A stretch of 64,000 nt of DNA from the IMG/VR virus record IMGVR_UViG_3300034190_002401, positions 1 through 64,000 of that record; one strand, written 5' to 3'. The stretch is from a virus. Shown here piece after piece: positions 10,767 through 20,740 of the stretch (its first letter is position 1; each line of letters starts with the position of its first letter). Made by a program: the position numbers and the translations under genes. The notes under the pieces were generated by a model that saw only the letters and a program-made list of their open reading frames with translations, ran no database searches and was not told the DNA's origin.

Positions 10767-11132
10767 TCAGTTGCTCGCTTTGGTAAACCCCCCTTGCATA
10801 GCCTCCGCCATCTCATCAGGCTTCGGGAGGAGCGATGCTAGTTGCTCACCAGCATATGCATTGAGTTGTCTCATTTCTTCTATGGTCAGTTCCGGGTTAG
10901 TGCCTACGACCCAATTAGTGAAAGCATACGACCAGTATGCCTCTAAATCAAGAGAAACGCCAGATTCATTCACCACGAACATCGTTTGTGCCGCTTTCTG
11001 TACATCTAGATACGTTATGTCTCTTATCCACACTTCCATGATAGCCTCAGGGTCGTCCCTATCGACTTGTATCTCATGTTTGTGTTCTTCTTTATTCGTT
11101 AATATTTTCCTCTTGTTCACTACTTTCGTCAT
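10767..11132 (-). CDS. Tail assembly chaperone (lambda gpG-like)
   Basis: 121 aa, acidic, between tail tube and tape measure, ends with a G-run slippery site. Confidence 0.65.
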   Translation of the reverse strand: MTKVVNKRKILTNKEEHKHEIQVDRDDPEAIMEVWIRDITYLDVQKAAQTMFVVNESGVSLDLEAYWSYAFTNWVVGTNPELTIEEMRQLNAYAGEQLASLLPKPDEMAEAMQGGFTKASN

Positions 11133-11727
11133 TGTTTGTCACTTCCTCGGTTACAGCCGCTTCTTCAGCAGGGGCATCCGACGATTCCTCAGCAGCCGTT
11201 TCTACGGGGGCTTCGGTCTCATCATCTGGTTGTGTTTCTTCGGTAATGCCTTCGTCGTCTCTCCTTAATCGGAGCACGACTTCAGCCTTAGTACCTCGAA
11301 TCGTAAGTCCTCTGTCTCTACATATGTCACGTAGTTCTGAGACAGTCATCGAATCATAATCTGTGTCTATGTTAAATGGGGAGTCGAAATTAGAAGGCAA
11401 TTCAGGCTCTTCTTCGGTTTCACCCTCTTCAGGTTGTAAGTCGCCTATGACTAGAGGCTCTTCTTCCACTTCGATTCCTGTGTCGTGTCCTGAGTCTGCA
11501 TAGTCAGTGTGGCTCAGGACTTCCTCAGCAGCATCCACCCAAGCGGGTTGCTCCTCTACCACCTCAGGAACGGCAAGAGCAGCCTTGAAAGCAGCGTCTA
11601 TGCGTGCTCTCTCCCTTGATGGTATGTGTGTGATTTCCACACCAGTCCTACTGGACATCCAAGAGAGGTAGTCCTCTTTGGAGATTCTGTTGAATCTCTT
11701 GGCTCTTTCTCTTAGTGCTGGCATCAT
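11092..11727 (-). CDS. Acidic SAP-domain protein
   Basis: YDSMTVSELRDICRDRGLTIRGTKAEVVLRL fits the SAP consensus; start placed at the ATG after a GAGG SD. Confidence 0.75.
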   Translation of the reverse strand: MMPALRERAKRFNRISKEDYLSWMSSRTGVEITHIPSRERARIDAAFKAALAVPEVVEEQPAWVDAAEEVLSHTDYADSGHDTGIEVEEEPLVIGDLQPEEGETEEEPELPSNFDSPFNIDTDYDSMTVSELRDICRDRGLTIRGTKAEVVLRLRRDDEGITEETQPDDETEAPVETAAEESSDAPAEEAAVTEEVTNNDESSEQEENINE

Positions 11728-11737
11728 CTTCAAAACC

Positions 11738-13978
11738 TCAGGAGTGGAACACAGGGTCAATCGTTATGACCTTGATTGACTTAGGCATTATCTTCAGCAT
11801 GCTCCTTATCGGCCCTTTGTCCTCAGGTATGGGCAGTGGTGCTTCTGTAATGAAGTAGTCATCAATTAGAATCTCTATGGTCTCTTTAGTGCCACTACCG
11901 CCTTGTTTGACGAATGATAGGCGTATCATGTCAGCGTCAGTGGTGTCTGTGGTGGTGTCATCGAAGTTGTCTATGCTCCTTCTCATGTTGTGGTAGAACA
12001 ACGGGTCGTCTACTATTATCTCCATCTCCATGTCATATTCTGTCTTACCAGCGACGGATATGGTCGGGTTTCTAGTGCCTGCGTATGGTACTTGGTCGGT
12101 CTCCGAGTCAGCGACGTTAGCACCTGTGATGGTGTAGAACTGCTGCACTCCGGTGCTTCCGTTGAGTTGGAAACTGACGACTTGACCAAGGGTAGTGCCC
12201 TTGACCCTCATCGTGCCGTTGTAGAACATGAATGGCTTCTGAGTCCTCTTGGCTATGCCGGACTCCTTCCTCTTGACCTCGGTGTTTGCCGTATCCTCGA
12301 AGAGCCTGTGTGCGTCGTACCTGTCACCTTCGTTTGAGGTCTCTAATCTCCCAGTGTCTGTGTAGCATAGAGCAGCGTCGAAGTTCACTGTCATTTTTAA
12401 GGCAGCATCAGTATCAGCCTTGAGTGAGAAATCCTTCACCTTGCATCCACGGAAGACACGTGTGAGTTGCTTGGAATCACCAGCACTACCATCAACGACC
12501 TCTGTCGTTGCTGTGCCTGCTCCTACACCTGTGTCGTTTCTCCTGATGCTGACCTCCATGGCGAAGGATGGTAGGTTGGTTCTGGAGTAGATGAGTTTCT
12601 CAATCGGATTCTCTAATGTACCGAAAGTACCAGCAGTTGAACTGGCCGCTGTAGTTAGGAGGTTCGGGCTGCCGTTAGAACCGTCAGCCATGAACCTACA
12701 GAAGTAGATGTCCATGTCTGTGTCATGGTGGAAGTTGAAGGGGTCATCGACCCATATCTTGCCGTTGTTTATGGCTACTATCCTTCTTATCTCGGTCTTG
12801 ATGGCCTTGCTTATGACGCTATCAGCGCCCTGTGCTGGCCAAGTGCCGTCGCTTGCTGTCTCCCTGTGAGTGTGTACGTCTGTAGTGTTGAACTCAGGGA
12901 TTATCACATAGTCTCCTGCTGCTGGCGGTTCGTTGTCGCTCGCACCTAGTTCGCTGACGGCAGTGCCAGTGAAAGCGAAGTAGGAGTCACCGGGCGAGAT
13001 AGGACCATCGGTCTCTAGGCTTGTTGTAGTGCTTGTAGGGCCACACAAAGCAGATGGACTGAAAGCGAGTGTGTCTGCTGTCGTCAACGCAACCTTAGTG
13101 CCACCCTCCTCGAATCTCATTGTGCTGTCTGCTCCGTTATTGACAACAGCAGTCAATCTACCCACGTATGTCCCGTCGCTCTTGAAGAGTGCATCACCAG
13201 CGGCGACTGTTTCAATTGCGCCGTCTAATGGAATTACAGTAGCAGTTCCTGCTGCGATAGTGCTTTCTACTTTACCGGTTATGGCTGTGAGTGGTAGTTT
13301 GGCCACCTCATGACCTAGTGCGTAGTAGAACCAGCGACCGTTGTGTATGTTGCACTCGAAAGAGCCGCCTGTGTTGATGAACCTGCCCGGAGTCTGTACT
13401 GCTACGTCTCGACCTAGACCGACCACGTGGTATCTCTTCAGGTCCACGACGGTCTCAGGTAGAGCCACAGTGCCTACCAGTCCCACGAACTGGTCAGTGA
13501 GAACCCTCTCAGCAGCAGCGTTGGCGTTGGCTGCGTGAGCCATGGATGTGTCCATGCTGGGGGTCTTGAACGGTAGTATGTGCAGAGCACCTGAGTCTGA
13601 CGTTATGTTACCATCGCTGTGGTTTGTCAGCAGATGTGGGGATATGGTGAGTTCAGTGTCGGATTGAGCGACTATGGTGTACACCCTGCCGGATTCGCTG
13701 TAGTTGTCATTCGCATCCCAAGGACTGCCATCCAGACCGCTGAAGACGAGTTGACTGCCGACCAGCATGCCTCTTGGAAAGGCAATCTTGGCGCTGTCTA
13801 TCGGTGCTCCCGATGTGCCACCACTGAACATGATGACGCTTGTGTCCTTGATTTTGTCTCTTGTACCGGACTTGGCGATGAACCTAACAGTGCCGAATGC
13901 ATTGTGCTCTATTGTGACTCCTGACTCGTGACCGAACGTGATTTCAGTCAGGTCTCCACGATAAACTGTTGACGGCAT
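11738..13978 (-). CDS. Major tail (tube) protein with inserted beta domains
   Basis: 746 aa, position in tail module, tube-like C-terminal segments (LPSFAMEV, RVFRGCKVKDFSL), GAGGTGA SD. Confidence 0.6.
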   Translation of the reverse strand: MPSTVYRGDLTEITFGHESGVTIEHNAFGTVRFIAKSGTRDKIKDTSVIMFSGGTSGAPIDSAKIAFPRGMLVGSQLVFSGLDGSPWDANDNYSESGRVYTIVAQSDTELTISPHLLTNHSDGNITSDSGALHILPFKTPSMDTSMAHAANANAAAERVLTDQFVGLVGTVALPETVVDLKRYHVVGLGRDVAVQTPGRFINTGGSFECNIHNGRWFYYALGHEVAKLPLTAITGKVESTIAAGTATVIPLDGAIETVAAGDALFKSDGTYVGRLTAVVNNGADSTMRFEEGGTKVALTTADTLAFSPSALCGPTSTTTSLETDGPISPGDSYFAFTGTAVSELGASDNEPPAAGDYVIIPEFNTTDVHTHRETASDGTWPAQGADSVISKAIKTEIRRIVAINNGKIWVDDPFNFHHDTDMDIYFCRFMADGSNGSPNLLTTAASSTAGTFGTLENPIEKLIYSRTNLPSFAMEVSIRRNDTGVGAGTATTEVVDGSAGDSKQLTRVFRGCKVKDFSLKADTDAALKMTVNFDAALCYTDTGRLETSNEGDRYDAHRLFEDTANTEVKRKESGIAKRTQKPFMFYNGTMRVKGTTLGQVVSFQLNGSTGVQQFYTITGANVADSETDQVPYAGTRNPTISVAGKTEYDMEMEIIVDDPLFYHNMRRSIDNFDDTTTDTTDADMIRLSFVKQGGSGTKETIEILIDDYFITEAPLPIPEDKGPIRSMLKIMPKSIKVITIDPVFHS

Positions 13979-13992
13979 GGCTCTCTCTCACC

Positions 13993-14442
13993 TCATGGGA
14001 TTAACTCTGCAAAGATAACAACTTCTATCTGAAAGGTCGTTCTGAACAACATTTTGCTCCTATCGGACAAATCCGTCCGTGTTTTGAACACGAGTCTGTC
14101 ATAGTTCTCACCGTCTCCTTTGCGCTTGGTGTGGATTGCTCTTCTTATCTCATTCTCCATGAGTTGCAAGTGCTTTCTGCTTCTCATGGTTCTCGCATCC
14201 AACGTGATATTTATCCTAGTGGTAACGAAGTCATACAATAGTTCCGGTGTCTCTTCGTTGTGTGCCGTCTCGAAGACCATGATGTAGTCGTGGTTCTTCA
14301 TGTCTAGCCTCTTTCCACGCTCTGGCCCTACATCGGCTATGTCTATGATGATAGGCTTGTAGTTGCCCGTATTGCCCCTGTTCCAATTGTCTCTTAAGAC
14401 AGCGAGAACAGCGTCTATGCCCTCTAGGAAGGTCGCTACCAT
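13993..14442 (-). CDS. Putative tail terminator/completion protein
   Basis: 149 aa directly upstream of the tail tube gene. Confidence 0.45.
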   Translation of the reverse strand: MVATFLEGIDAVLAVLRDNWNRGNTGNYKPIIIDIADVGPERGKRLDMKNHDYIMVFETAHNEETPELLYDFVTTRINITLDARTMRSRKHLQLMENEIRRAIHTKRKGDGENYDRLVFKTRTDLSDRSKMLFRTTFQIEVVIFAELIP

Positions 14443-14783
14443 CAGTTCCTCACCTCGGCAATCGGTAGCAGTTTGCCGCCTCTGTAGTTGAAGTTGTGCT
14501 CCCTCATCTCAGGGTTTCCCTCTGTGAGCATCCTCTCATCCACTCTCTTCATCACCTTGTCTATGATTTCCTGTGATGCCGGTAGACCTGTCTTGGTGAC
14601 TGTGATTAGACCCTCGTCATTGGTCAGACCCTCGGACATCATCTCCTCCCTCTCCTTCCTCGTTCTGAGGTTGGATGGATTCTTCGTGAAGTAGTTGAGT
14701 AGTTCTGCTTGGTTCGCTATGTTCTCAGAAAAGGTGTCCCTGACTCTACCTCGCATCTCATCTCCTGCGTCGTACTTGGTCAT
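14442..14783 (-). CDS. Hypothetical protein (neck module)
   Basis: Translationally coupled ORF. Confidence 0.6.
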   Translation of the reverse strand: MTKYDAGDEMRGRVRDTFSENIANQAELLNYFTKNPSNLRTRKEREEMMSEGLTNDEGLITVTKTGLPASQEIIDKVMKRVDERMLTEGNPEMREHNFNYRGGKLLPIAEVRN

Positions 14784-16375
14784 AGGAAACTTACCACCTC
14801 TTTGTAGCGTGGCATGGTGTTCTCTATGTCCATCTTGTACATCTGTATCTTCGATGCGAGGTCCACGTTCTGCGTTCCCTCAGGTATGAGTACGCTCCTG
14901 TCGTCACTCATGAGTAGGTCTATGGCTACCATCTTGGTGCACATGTCCTCTATCGCCTTCTCAAGATACCTCTCTCCGTAGATGTAGGATACCTTGACTG
15001 CGTTCCACTCGAAGAACGGGTATGAGTTGTTGAAGTATATGATTCCCATCTCAGGGTCTAGCCAGAAGTCACGTAGCCTGCCACCGTCTCCACTGCTTCC
15101 GTGCAGGTCAACATCCATCCTCTTCTGTGTCAGTGTGCCACTGATGTCTGTGAGAGCACTACCCACCACGCTGACGCATCCTGTGAATGAGGATGCTGTC
15201 TTGCCTGTGTATCTGATTACGGTGTCACCCACCCCAAACACACCAGAGTCTGCGAAGTCAGCAGTAGCATCTACAGTGGAGTCGTCGCTTGTGGATGTGA
15301 CATTGACAGTATCGCTGCTCAGACTGGCGAAAGTGCAGGTGTGGCTATGCGTGTCCTCTACAGTCACATTGGAATTAGTAGAGGCAATTGTGCATGATTC
15401 ACCCCCCTTTATCGGTCTCATACTGGTTATCTTTACAATACCAGTGCCTAAATCGGCGTTAGCAGTAGCGAGGAACTCATTGTGCACTGCCACGTTAGAG
15501 GTGCTTCCCTCTAATGTGAATGCAGGTGAGAAATCCACTCCTGCCTTTCCAACTCTGTCTTCCTTGTTGATTAGGTCAGCGAGGTTCTGTGCTGTGGTGG
15601 TGCTATCGAAATCTGCTCTCCACTGATTGGATGCAGTGCCCATAGTGAGAACCGCTACTGAGGCAGTGCTGTTTCCGGGGCATAGAACGATAGAACCTGT
15701 TAGTGAGTTGACGCTATCTGGGATATGGACTCTGGCTTCTGCTGCTCCTATCTCTCGATAGTCATCACCCTGCCATAGTTCCAAACGCAATATCTGCTGC
15801 ACGTTCCTGTACAGTAGAGGTGTAGTGCCTACGTAGTCCGTGTAGTATCGTCGCCTGTATGGTTTGTATGTGTCGAAGTTGATGTACTCGGCAGTGACTA
15901 GGTTCGGTCTCCATGAGTTGTGTGTTATGTTGTCTATCTTGTCCTGCATGCGTCTGATGATAGCATCGACCTTATCCTTGGTGAGACCTCGTGTTCTGCC
16001 GTTGGTGAATGATGCCTTGTTCTGAATGTAGCCGTTGTCAGTGGTCTCGTAAAGACCCGGATTGATGGCAGAAGAGAATGCCAGTCTGACACCACTGGCC
16101 GTTGATGTGATTGCAGTGATGTCCCTATCTACACCCATAGGGTCTGCATCTGAGTATAGTAGAAGTGTGTCACCGACTGAGAAGCCGATGTTCCTGTAGT
16201 CTGCCCCTGTCACGAATACGGCGTTAGCCTCTGCATTGGCTGACATCAAGACTGCTTCTTGCGGTCCTATGTCTAGTAGGTCTGCTACTTTCTGTGCTGT
16301 GGTGTATACAATCGCAGTGGGGTCGAGAGGCCTTGTCTCTGCCTCACCGGGACTGAACACCTGTGGCATTACCAC
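14780..16375 (-). CDS. Putative head-tail adaptor with insertions
   Basis: N-terminal YTTAQKVADLL and C-terminal VKVSYIYG..AIEDMC resemble gp6/gp15-type adaptors; position after capsid genes. Confidence 0.5.
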   Translation of the reverse strand: MVMPQVFSPGEAETRPLDPTAIVYTTAQKVADLLDIGPQEAVLMSANAEANAVFVTGADYRNIGFSVGDTLLLYSDADPMGVDRDITAITSTASGVRLAFSSAINPGLYETTDNGYIQNKASFTNGRTRGLTKDKVDAIIRRMQDKIDNITHNSWRPNLVTAEYINFDTYKPYRRRYYTDYVGTTPLLYRNVQQILRLELWQGDDYREIGAAEARVHIPDSVNSLTGSIVLCPGNSTASVAVLTMGTASNQWRADFDSTTTAQNLADLINKEDRVGKAGVDFSPAFTLEGSTSNVAVHNEFLATANADLGTGIVKITSMRPIKGGESCTIASTNSNVTVEDTHSHTCTFASLSSDTVNVTSTSDDSTVDATADFADSGVFGVGDTVIRYTGKTASSFTGCVSVVGSALTDISGTLTQKRMDVDLHGSSGDGGRLRDFWLDPEMGIIYFNNSYPFFEWNAVKVSYIYGERYLEKAIEDMCTKMVAIDLLMSDDRSVLIPEGTQNVDLASKIQMYKMDIENTMPRYKEVVSFL

Positions 16376-16668
16376 CGGGCCTCCTCATTTCTGTGGCCCA
16401 TGTTGTACTCCATCGGTTTCTTGCAAGAACTGCACTTCTCCACGAACATAAAGTGAAGCAGACCACAGTGCTTGCACCGTGTCCCTGCACCTATGTTGAG
16501 TATGTCGCTTATGTCCTCGACTCTCTTGTTCTGCTTGCTGACTGTGCCAGCAAGGGGCTTGTCTGTGTTGAACACAGAACCCATGTCAAGGGATTCGGCC
16601 AATCTGACGTTCTGCTTCTGTGCACGCTCTATGTCAGTGAGTTCAAGAGTTTGTATATCGAAACCCAT
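16369..16668 (-). CDS. Small zinc-ribbon protein
   Basis: CKHC-x10-CSSC. Confidence 0.65.
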   Translation of the reverse strand: MGFDIQTLELTDIERAQKQNVRLAESLDMGSVFNTDKPLAGTVSKQNKRVEDISDILNIGAGTRCKHCGLLHFMFVEKCSSCKKPMEYNMGHRNEEARW

Positions 16669-16683
16669 TCATATCCCTCACCA

Positions 16684-16857
16684 TCAACTCGTTGTCACAA
16701 ATATATACACGTTACCCAGAATCGTATGCGGGTCAACTGCCACAGGTGCGTTACTGCCTATAGCAGCAACCACTGCGTTCTGTATCGTCGTCTTCGCACT
16801 ACTGCTGTTGAAGTCAGTAGGAGCGAACGGTCCAAGTATCGTAAGTGTCTTTGCCAT
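16684..16857 (-). CDS. 57-aa hypothetical protein (below track cutoff)
   Basis: GGTGA-5nt-ATG; MAKTLTILGPFAPTDF..VYIFVTTS; fills the gap between neighbours. Confidence 0.7.
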   Translation of the reverse strand: MAKTLTILGPFAPTDFNSSSAKTTIQNAVVAAIGSNAPVAVDPHTILGNVYIFVTTS

Positions 16858-16870
16858 CTAGGTCACCGCC

Positions 16871-17188
16871 TCAATTGCGGCGGCCTATTGCTAAGAACGT
16901 ACCTGCTGCTGTAGTCTCACCGGCCAAGACTGGTGCAATCGTGATGGTTGTTCCACTGTAGATTGCCGTGTCAAGGTTCGATGCAGTCACTGCTGCGTAG
17001 GATGTGCCGTTTGCTATGTCCACATCCTGATGCTTTGCAGTCTGAACCGCTGATGGGTTGACTATTACTGCGTCGATGCTTGCTAGTAAGCCGCCTAGTG
17101 CTATTGATGTGTCACCTGCTGCATATGAGCCGGTTACAATCATTCTGTCTCCAAATACTGTTGGTCTGTTATCTATTGTTACTGCCAT
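16871..17188 (-). CDS. Putative virion structural/decoration protein
   Basis: 105 aa, Ala/Thr/Gly-rich beta protein downstream of the capsid gene. Confidence 0.55.
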   Translation of the reverse strand: MAVTIDNRPTVFGDRMIVTGSYAAGDTSIALGGLLASIDAVIVNPSAVQTAKHQDVDIANGTSYAAVTASNLDTAIYSGTTITIAPVLAGETTAAGTFLAIGRRN

Positions 17189-17192
17189 TCTT

Positions 17193-17627
17193 TTATTCCT
17201 CCGTTATTTCTGTTGCCGTCTCTTCGACTACTGCCTCTTCGACCGCTTCCTCAACCACTTCTTCCACAACTGGCTCTTCGGCTATCTCTTCGACAACCGG
17301 CTCAGGTGCGGGTGGGTTTAGAATTGTATCGACTTCTGCTAGTAGTTGGGTCTTGGTTTGGTAGACCCTACCGACAGTTCCGCCGTTTGCTCTTATCCAG
17401 TCTATGATGTCGGCTCTGCGCCATCCATCGTCAGGTAGACCGTCACCACCAGCATCGGTAGTGGGGGCTTCGTCTCCTTCCACCCTCCATACCGCTGCTG
17501 GTAGTTGTCTTCTGTACTGGTCTACCCATGCTTGGGATTTTTCTTGCGGAACCATCCTAACAAACTCAGCGCCATTGTCAGGAGAGTTCCTCCTGAAATG
17601 AGGGCCGAGAAAAGTTACGGTTGGCAA
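17193..17627 (-). CDS. HeH/LEM-like protein with acidic tail
   Basis: WRRADIIDWIRANG..TKTQLLAEV followed by EE-rich repeats. Confidence 0.5.
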   Translation of the reverse strand: MPTVTFLGPHFRRNSPDNGAEFVRMVPQEKSQAWVDQYRRQLPAAVWRVEGDEAPTTDAGGDGLPDDGWRRADIIDWIRANGGTVGRVYQTKTQLLAEVDTILNPPAPEPVVEEIAEEPVVEEVVEEAVEEAVVEETATEITEE

Positions 17628-17638
17628 CTATAACCACC

Positions 17639-18115
17639 TCAGGCGAGCACCAATAGTGATATCTGTACTGCGTCAACTATTGCTTCTGCATGAAGTGCTA
17701 GTGCTGGTAGAGAGCCACCTGTTTTTGCTGGTGCGCTGCTTCCGTTGTCAACTCCAGTGTCTGTGAAGGACAGTGATAGCGTCTTGTCTGCCGTTGGCAT
17801 GACTGTTCCGAGAACTGCCACGATTTTGTCAACGCCTTCTGTGAAGATTAGAACTTCTTCATCTGCTGTCTCCAAGTCCAGTTGGAGAGTTAGCAGCCTT
17901 AGACCGCCTTCTGCTGCACCATCTGTGTTGTTGGCTGCGAAGGTGCTCATGTCAGTACCACCGGGGTAGGTACTTCCATATCCTTTCAACCACTCAGTGC
18001 TGTCCACTAGAGTTCCTGTTCTCATGTCTAGGTCTAGTAGGAAACTAACATCCGTTATGTCTCCGTCATCTGCTTTCACCGTTATTCCGCCACTGCTTGC
18101 TGTAAATACTGTCAT
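17639..18115 (-). CDS. Putative capsid-associated protein
   Basis: 158 aa directly after MCP, strong GGAGG SD. Confidence 0.55.
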   Translation of the reverse strand: MTVFTASSGGITVKADDGDITDVSFLLDLDMRTGTLVDSTEWLKGYGSTYPGGTDMSTFAANNTDGAAEGGLRLLTLQLDLETADEEVLIFTEGVDKIVAVLGTVMPTADKTLSLSFTDTGVDNGSSAPAKTGGSLPALALHAEAIVDAVQISLLVLA

Positions 18116-18145
18116 ATTTTTTTCCTCCTTTTATCTCCAACTGAC

Positions 18146-19285
18146 TCACTTAAGGTCTCTGATGCTCCCTTGTCCTCCGAAGAAAGTGGTCCAAAGTTCT
18201 CCCATGGTCCTGTACATTCCCTCTTGTCCTAGTCTGTTGATTGCGAATGGGTCACCAGTCTCAATTCCACTCTCGTAGTATTGTGTTGGTATCGCCGTGC
18301 TGAAGTACATGTAATCAGTGTCTAGGAAGTACATCCTGCTGATTGTGTCTGGTTTGACATCCTTGGAAGGAATGATTGGGACTCCGTTGTAGGTTGCTAC
18401 TACGAATCCGGCTTCCATTCCGGGTACACCCTTGACACCGTTGTAGGTCGGGGTGACTCTCTTCTCTTCCATGAACCTCTGCTGGGACTGTAGCAGTTGC
18501 TGTAGTCTCATTAGAGTGTCATATCCAGTTAGCATGACTTTCGGGTTTCCACCACGTATCCATACTTTCTGGAATAGGTCGTCTAGTTGGTCTAGGCTTA
18601 GAACCCTGTCAGTTGCACCGGTGTCTGCGTTTACCTCTGCGTATGACCAAGAGTTAGCACTGCCATCTCTGTTGATGGAGTAGATGTCCTCTCTGCCAGC
18701 AGTGTAGTGAGTTCCGGCTGTCATTCCACTCGAATCACCAGTGGTCACTCTGTCGATGGACTCGAAGCCGTTGTCTGCTGTCGTGTCCACGTCTAGTAGT
18801 AGCATCTTGTTGGTCATCTCTGCGTGGTGCTTGCCCATCTCTTCTTTCAGGACCGAGCGTATGTCGCCCATTCCGTCATCCTTGTCAGCAAGGAAGATAG
18901 CAGTCTCGGACATGTCGAACGTGTGAACGACCGTCTTTGGTTTTGCAGCCACGTGCTGGAAGGTAGGCTTCACTGTGTCTGGTAGAGTTGCATTCTCTGC
19001 AACACCACCGTGGACTGCGCCTCCGTTGGGCTTGTCAGTGAGTACTCTCCATCCTGACCTGTCCCAAGGTCTCTTTGGTAGTATGCTGAATGCGTTGAAC
19101 TCTTGGTTCAACTGCGACCATACTTTGCGTCCGTAGATTGCGTTGTATGTTCCACCGGTGGTGGACAACATTGGTGCGTCTGCTTTCAATAATTCACTAC
19201 CGGAGTAGGAGTAACCCATCGAGTTACCTGCTCCGTAGTAGTATCTTTCCATATCTGTTACTGTTCTTATGTAGTTTCTTGCCAT
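18146..19285 (-). CDS. Major capsid protein (HK97 fold)
   Basis: 379 aa after protease/scaffold; E-loop-like GGVAENATLP; C-terminal YNGVPII..MYFLD..LWTTFFGGQGSIRDLK typical of halovirus-type MCPs. Confidence 0.88.
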   Translation of the reverse strand: MARNYIRTVTDMERYYYGAGNSMGYSYSGSELLKADAPMLSTTGGTYNAIYGRKVWSQLNQEFNAFSILPKRPWDRSGWRVLTDKPNGGAVHGGVAENATLPDTVKPTFQHVAAKPKTVVHTFDMSETAIFLADKDDGMGDIRSVLKEEMGKHHAEMTNKMLLLDVDTTADNGFESIDRVTTGDSSGMTAGTHYTAGREDIYSINRDGSANSWSYAEVNADTGATDRVLSLDQLDDLFQKVWIRGGNPKVMLTGYDTLMRLQQLLQSQQRFMEEKRVTPTYNGVKGVPGMEAGFVVATYNGVPIIPSKDVKPDTISRMYFLDTDYMYFSTAIPTQYYESGIETGDPFAINRLGQEGMYRTMGELWTTFFGGQGSIRDLK

Positions 19286-19287
19286 TC

Positions 19288-20691
19288 TTAATCACTCCTG
19301 AAGGTGCTGTTTGCGAGGTTATGTACCTCATCCCAACTCATTGTTGCGAGTTCCTCAGTTGAAGGGATTTCAACGGTTGGAAGGGATGCTGCTGATTTTG
19401 CGATTGTAGAACCGGACTCTACTGATGAGCCGATGCTGTCGATGCGCTCTGTAAGAGCGGCTAGAGACTTCTGGATAGCGGCTAGTGGGCTGCGAGCATC
19501 GAATGCTGCTGCTTCTGCTTTTGCTATTTCTTGTTGCCTCTCTGCTGCGAATCTGTTGGAGAAGTGGTTTTCTAGGCTTCCCTTGAACTCCTGCTCCAAT
19601 GCTGCTGCTTTGTAGACCTCGTATGCTGCCTCGATATCTGAGTCAGATACTCTGTCTGCTGTTAGGAAGTCGGACTTCTCTACTGTGGATTTCTTGCCCT
19701 TTCCACCAGAGCCAAAGTTGGCCTTGGGTGTTTCTGGCTTTCCGTCTACGGTTTCCCTCTTTGGTGCTTGTCCACCAAACCTTACCGCTCCGTCTCCAAT
19801 TTCTTCTGGGGTAGAACCAAGGTTTCCCTTGTTGACATCATCAAAGTGAGCACGTGCGGAAATTGTGTCCACACCTGCACTCTTCAGAGTGTCTTCCATC
19901 CAATTTAGGTACTCAGAGGAGATAACGTCAGAGTATTGTGATTTTTCGACATCTTCGTCTTCATCATCTTTCATGGCTTCTTTCTTGTCACCATACATTT
20001 TCTCTTCGTCGTCTTTCTCGTCGCCGTCGTCTTTCTTCTTGCCTTCCATATGTTCTTTCAAGCCCGGTGGCATTTCTCCTTTCTCCATAGAGTCGAGACG
20101 GCCTTCCAGACGTGACAGAACATCTGTCATTTGCGTCATTACATCATTTTCTGCTTCTGTCATTTTTTTCACCTTTTTTTTATCTTCTTTTAATATCCTG
20201 AATGTTGCTTCTGGATTGATTCCTTTCTCACAAATTGTGATTTCGTGTAGTTCAAGTTTGCTGATTTCTTGGTAGTCTCCATGTACCGGGTCTGATTTTC
20301 TGACTCGTTTGAATGCCTGCCCTCCAATACTAAAACCTCTCAATGAGCCTTTTCGTATTTCGGCAGCGACTTCCTTTGCTTTTTCGATGTCGTCTCGTAA
20401 TTCTACAACTACAAACATTCCGACATCGTCAACTTCGCTTTTCCACAACCTCCCTTCACTATCTGTATAATTAGGAATTACTTCACCCACTTGAATGTTA
20501 GAATGCGCTAATTGCACGTTTCTGTATCTGTGGTCCTCCATGTATTTCTTGAATGCGCCTTTCAATGCTTCTTTCGTAATTTTGTCTCCTTGCTTGTCAA
20601 CTACTTCTACGCTAGCATACCCGGCAACAACGAGGTCTCCACCCTTGATGAGTGTAATTCCAGACTGAGGTTGTCGCAATGGGGATAGCAC
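19288..20691 (-). CDS. Prohead protease fused to scaffold domain
   Basis: VAGYASV..D..GD, LAH, GFSIGG, LHEITICEKGINPEA (HK97-type protease), then acidic coiled coil. Confidence 0.88.
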   Translation of the reverse strand: MLSPLRQPQSGITLIKGGDLVVAGYASVEVVDKQGDKITKEALKGAFKKYMEDHRYRNVQLAHSNIQVGEVIPNYTDSEGRLWKSEVDDVGMFVVVELRDDIEKAKEVAAEIRKGSLRGFSIGGQAFKRVRKSDPVHGDYQEISKLELHEITICEKGINPEATFRILKEDKKKVKKMTEAENDVMTQMTDVLSRLEGRLDSMEKGEMPPGLKEHMEGKKKDDGDEKDDEEKMYGDKKEAMKDDEDEDVEKSQYSDVISSEYLNWMEDTLKSAGVDTISARAHFDDVNKGNLGSTPEEIGDGAVRFGGQAPKRETVDGKPETPKANFGSGGKGKKSTVEKSDFLTADRVSDSDIEAAYEVYKAAALEQEFKGSLENHFSNRFAAERQQEIAKAEAAAFDARSPLAAIQKSLAALTERIDSIGSSVESGSTIAKSAASLPTVEIPSTEELATMSWDEVHNLANSTFRSD

Positions 20692-20740
20692 ACTGACTCA
20701 GAGTTACTGCGTCATACTACTTATATGAAGCGGCAACAAA

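Noticed and set aside
10784-10790. Canonical GGGTTTA slippery heptamer
   Set aside because: It is present on the minus strand but out of phase with the chaperone reading frame
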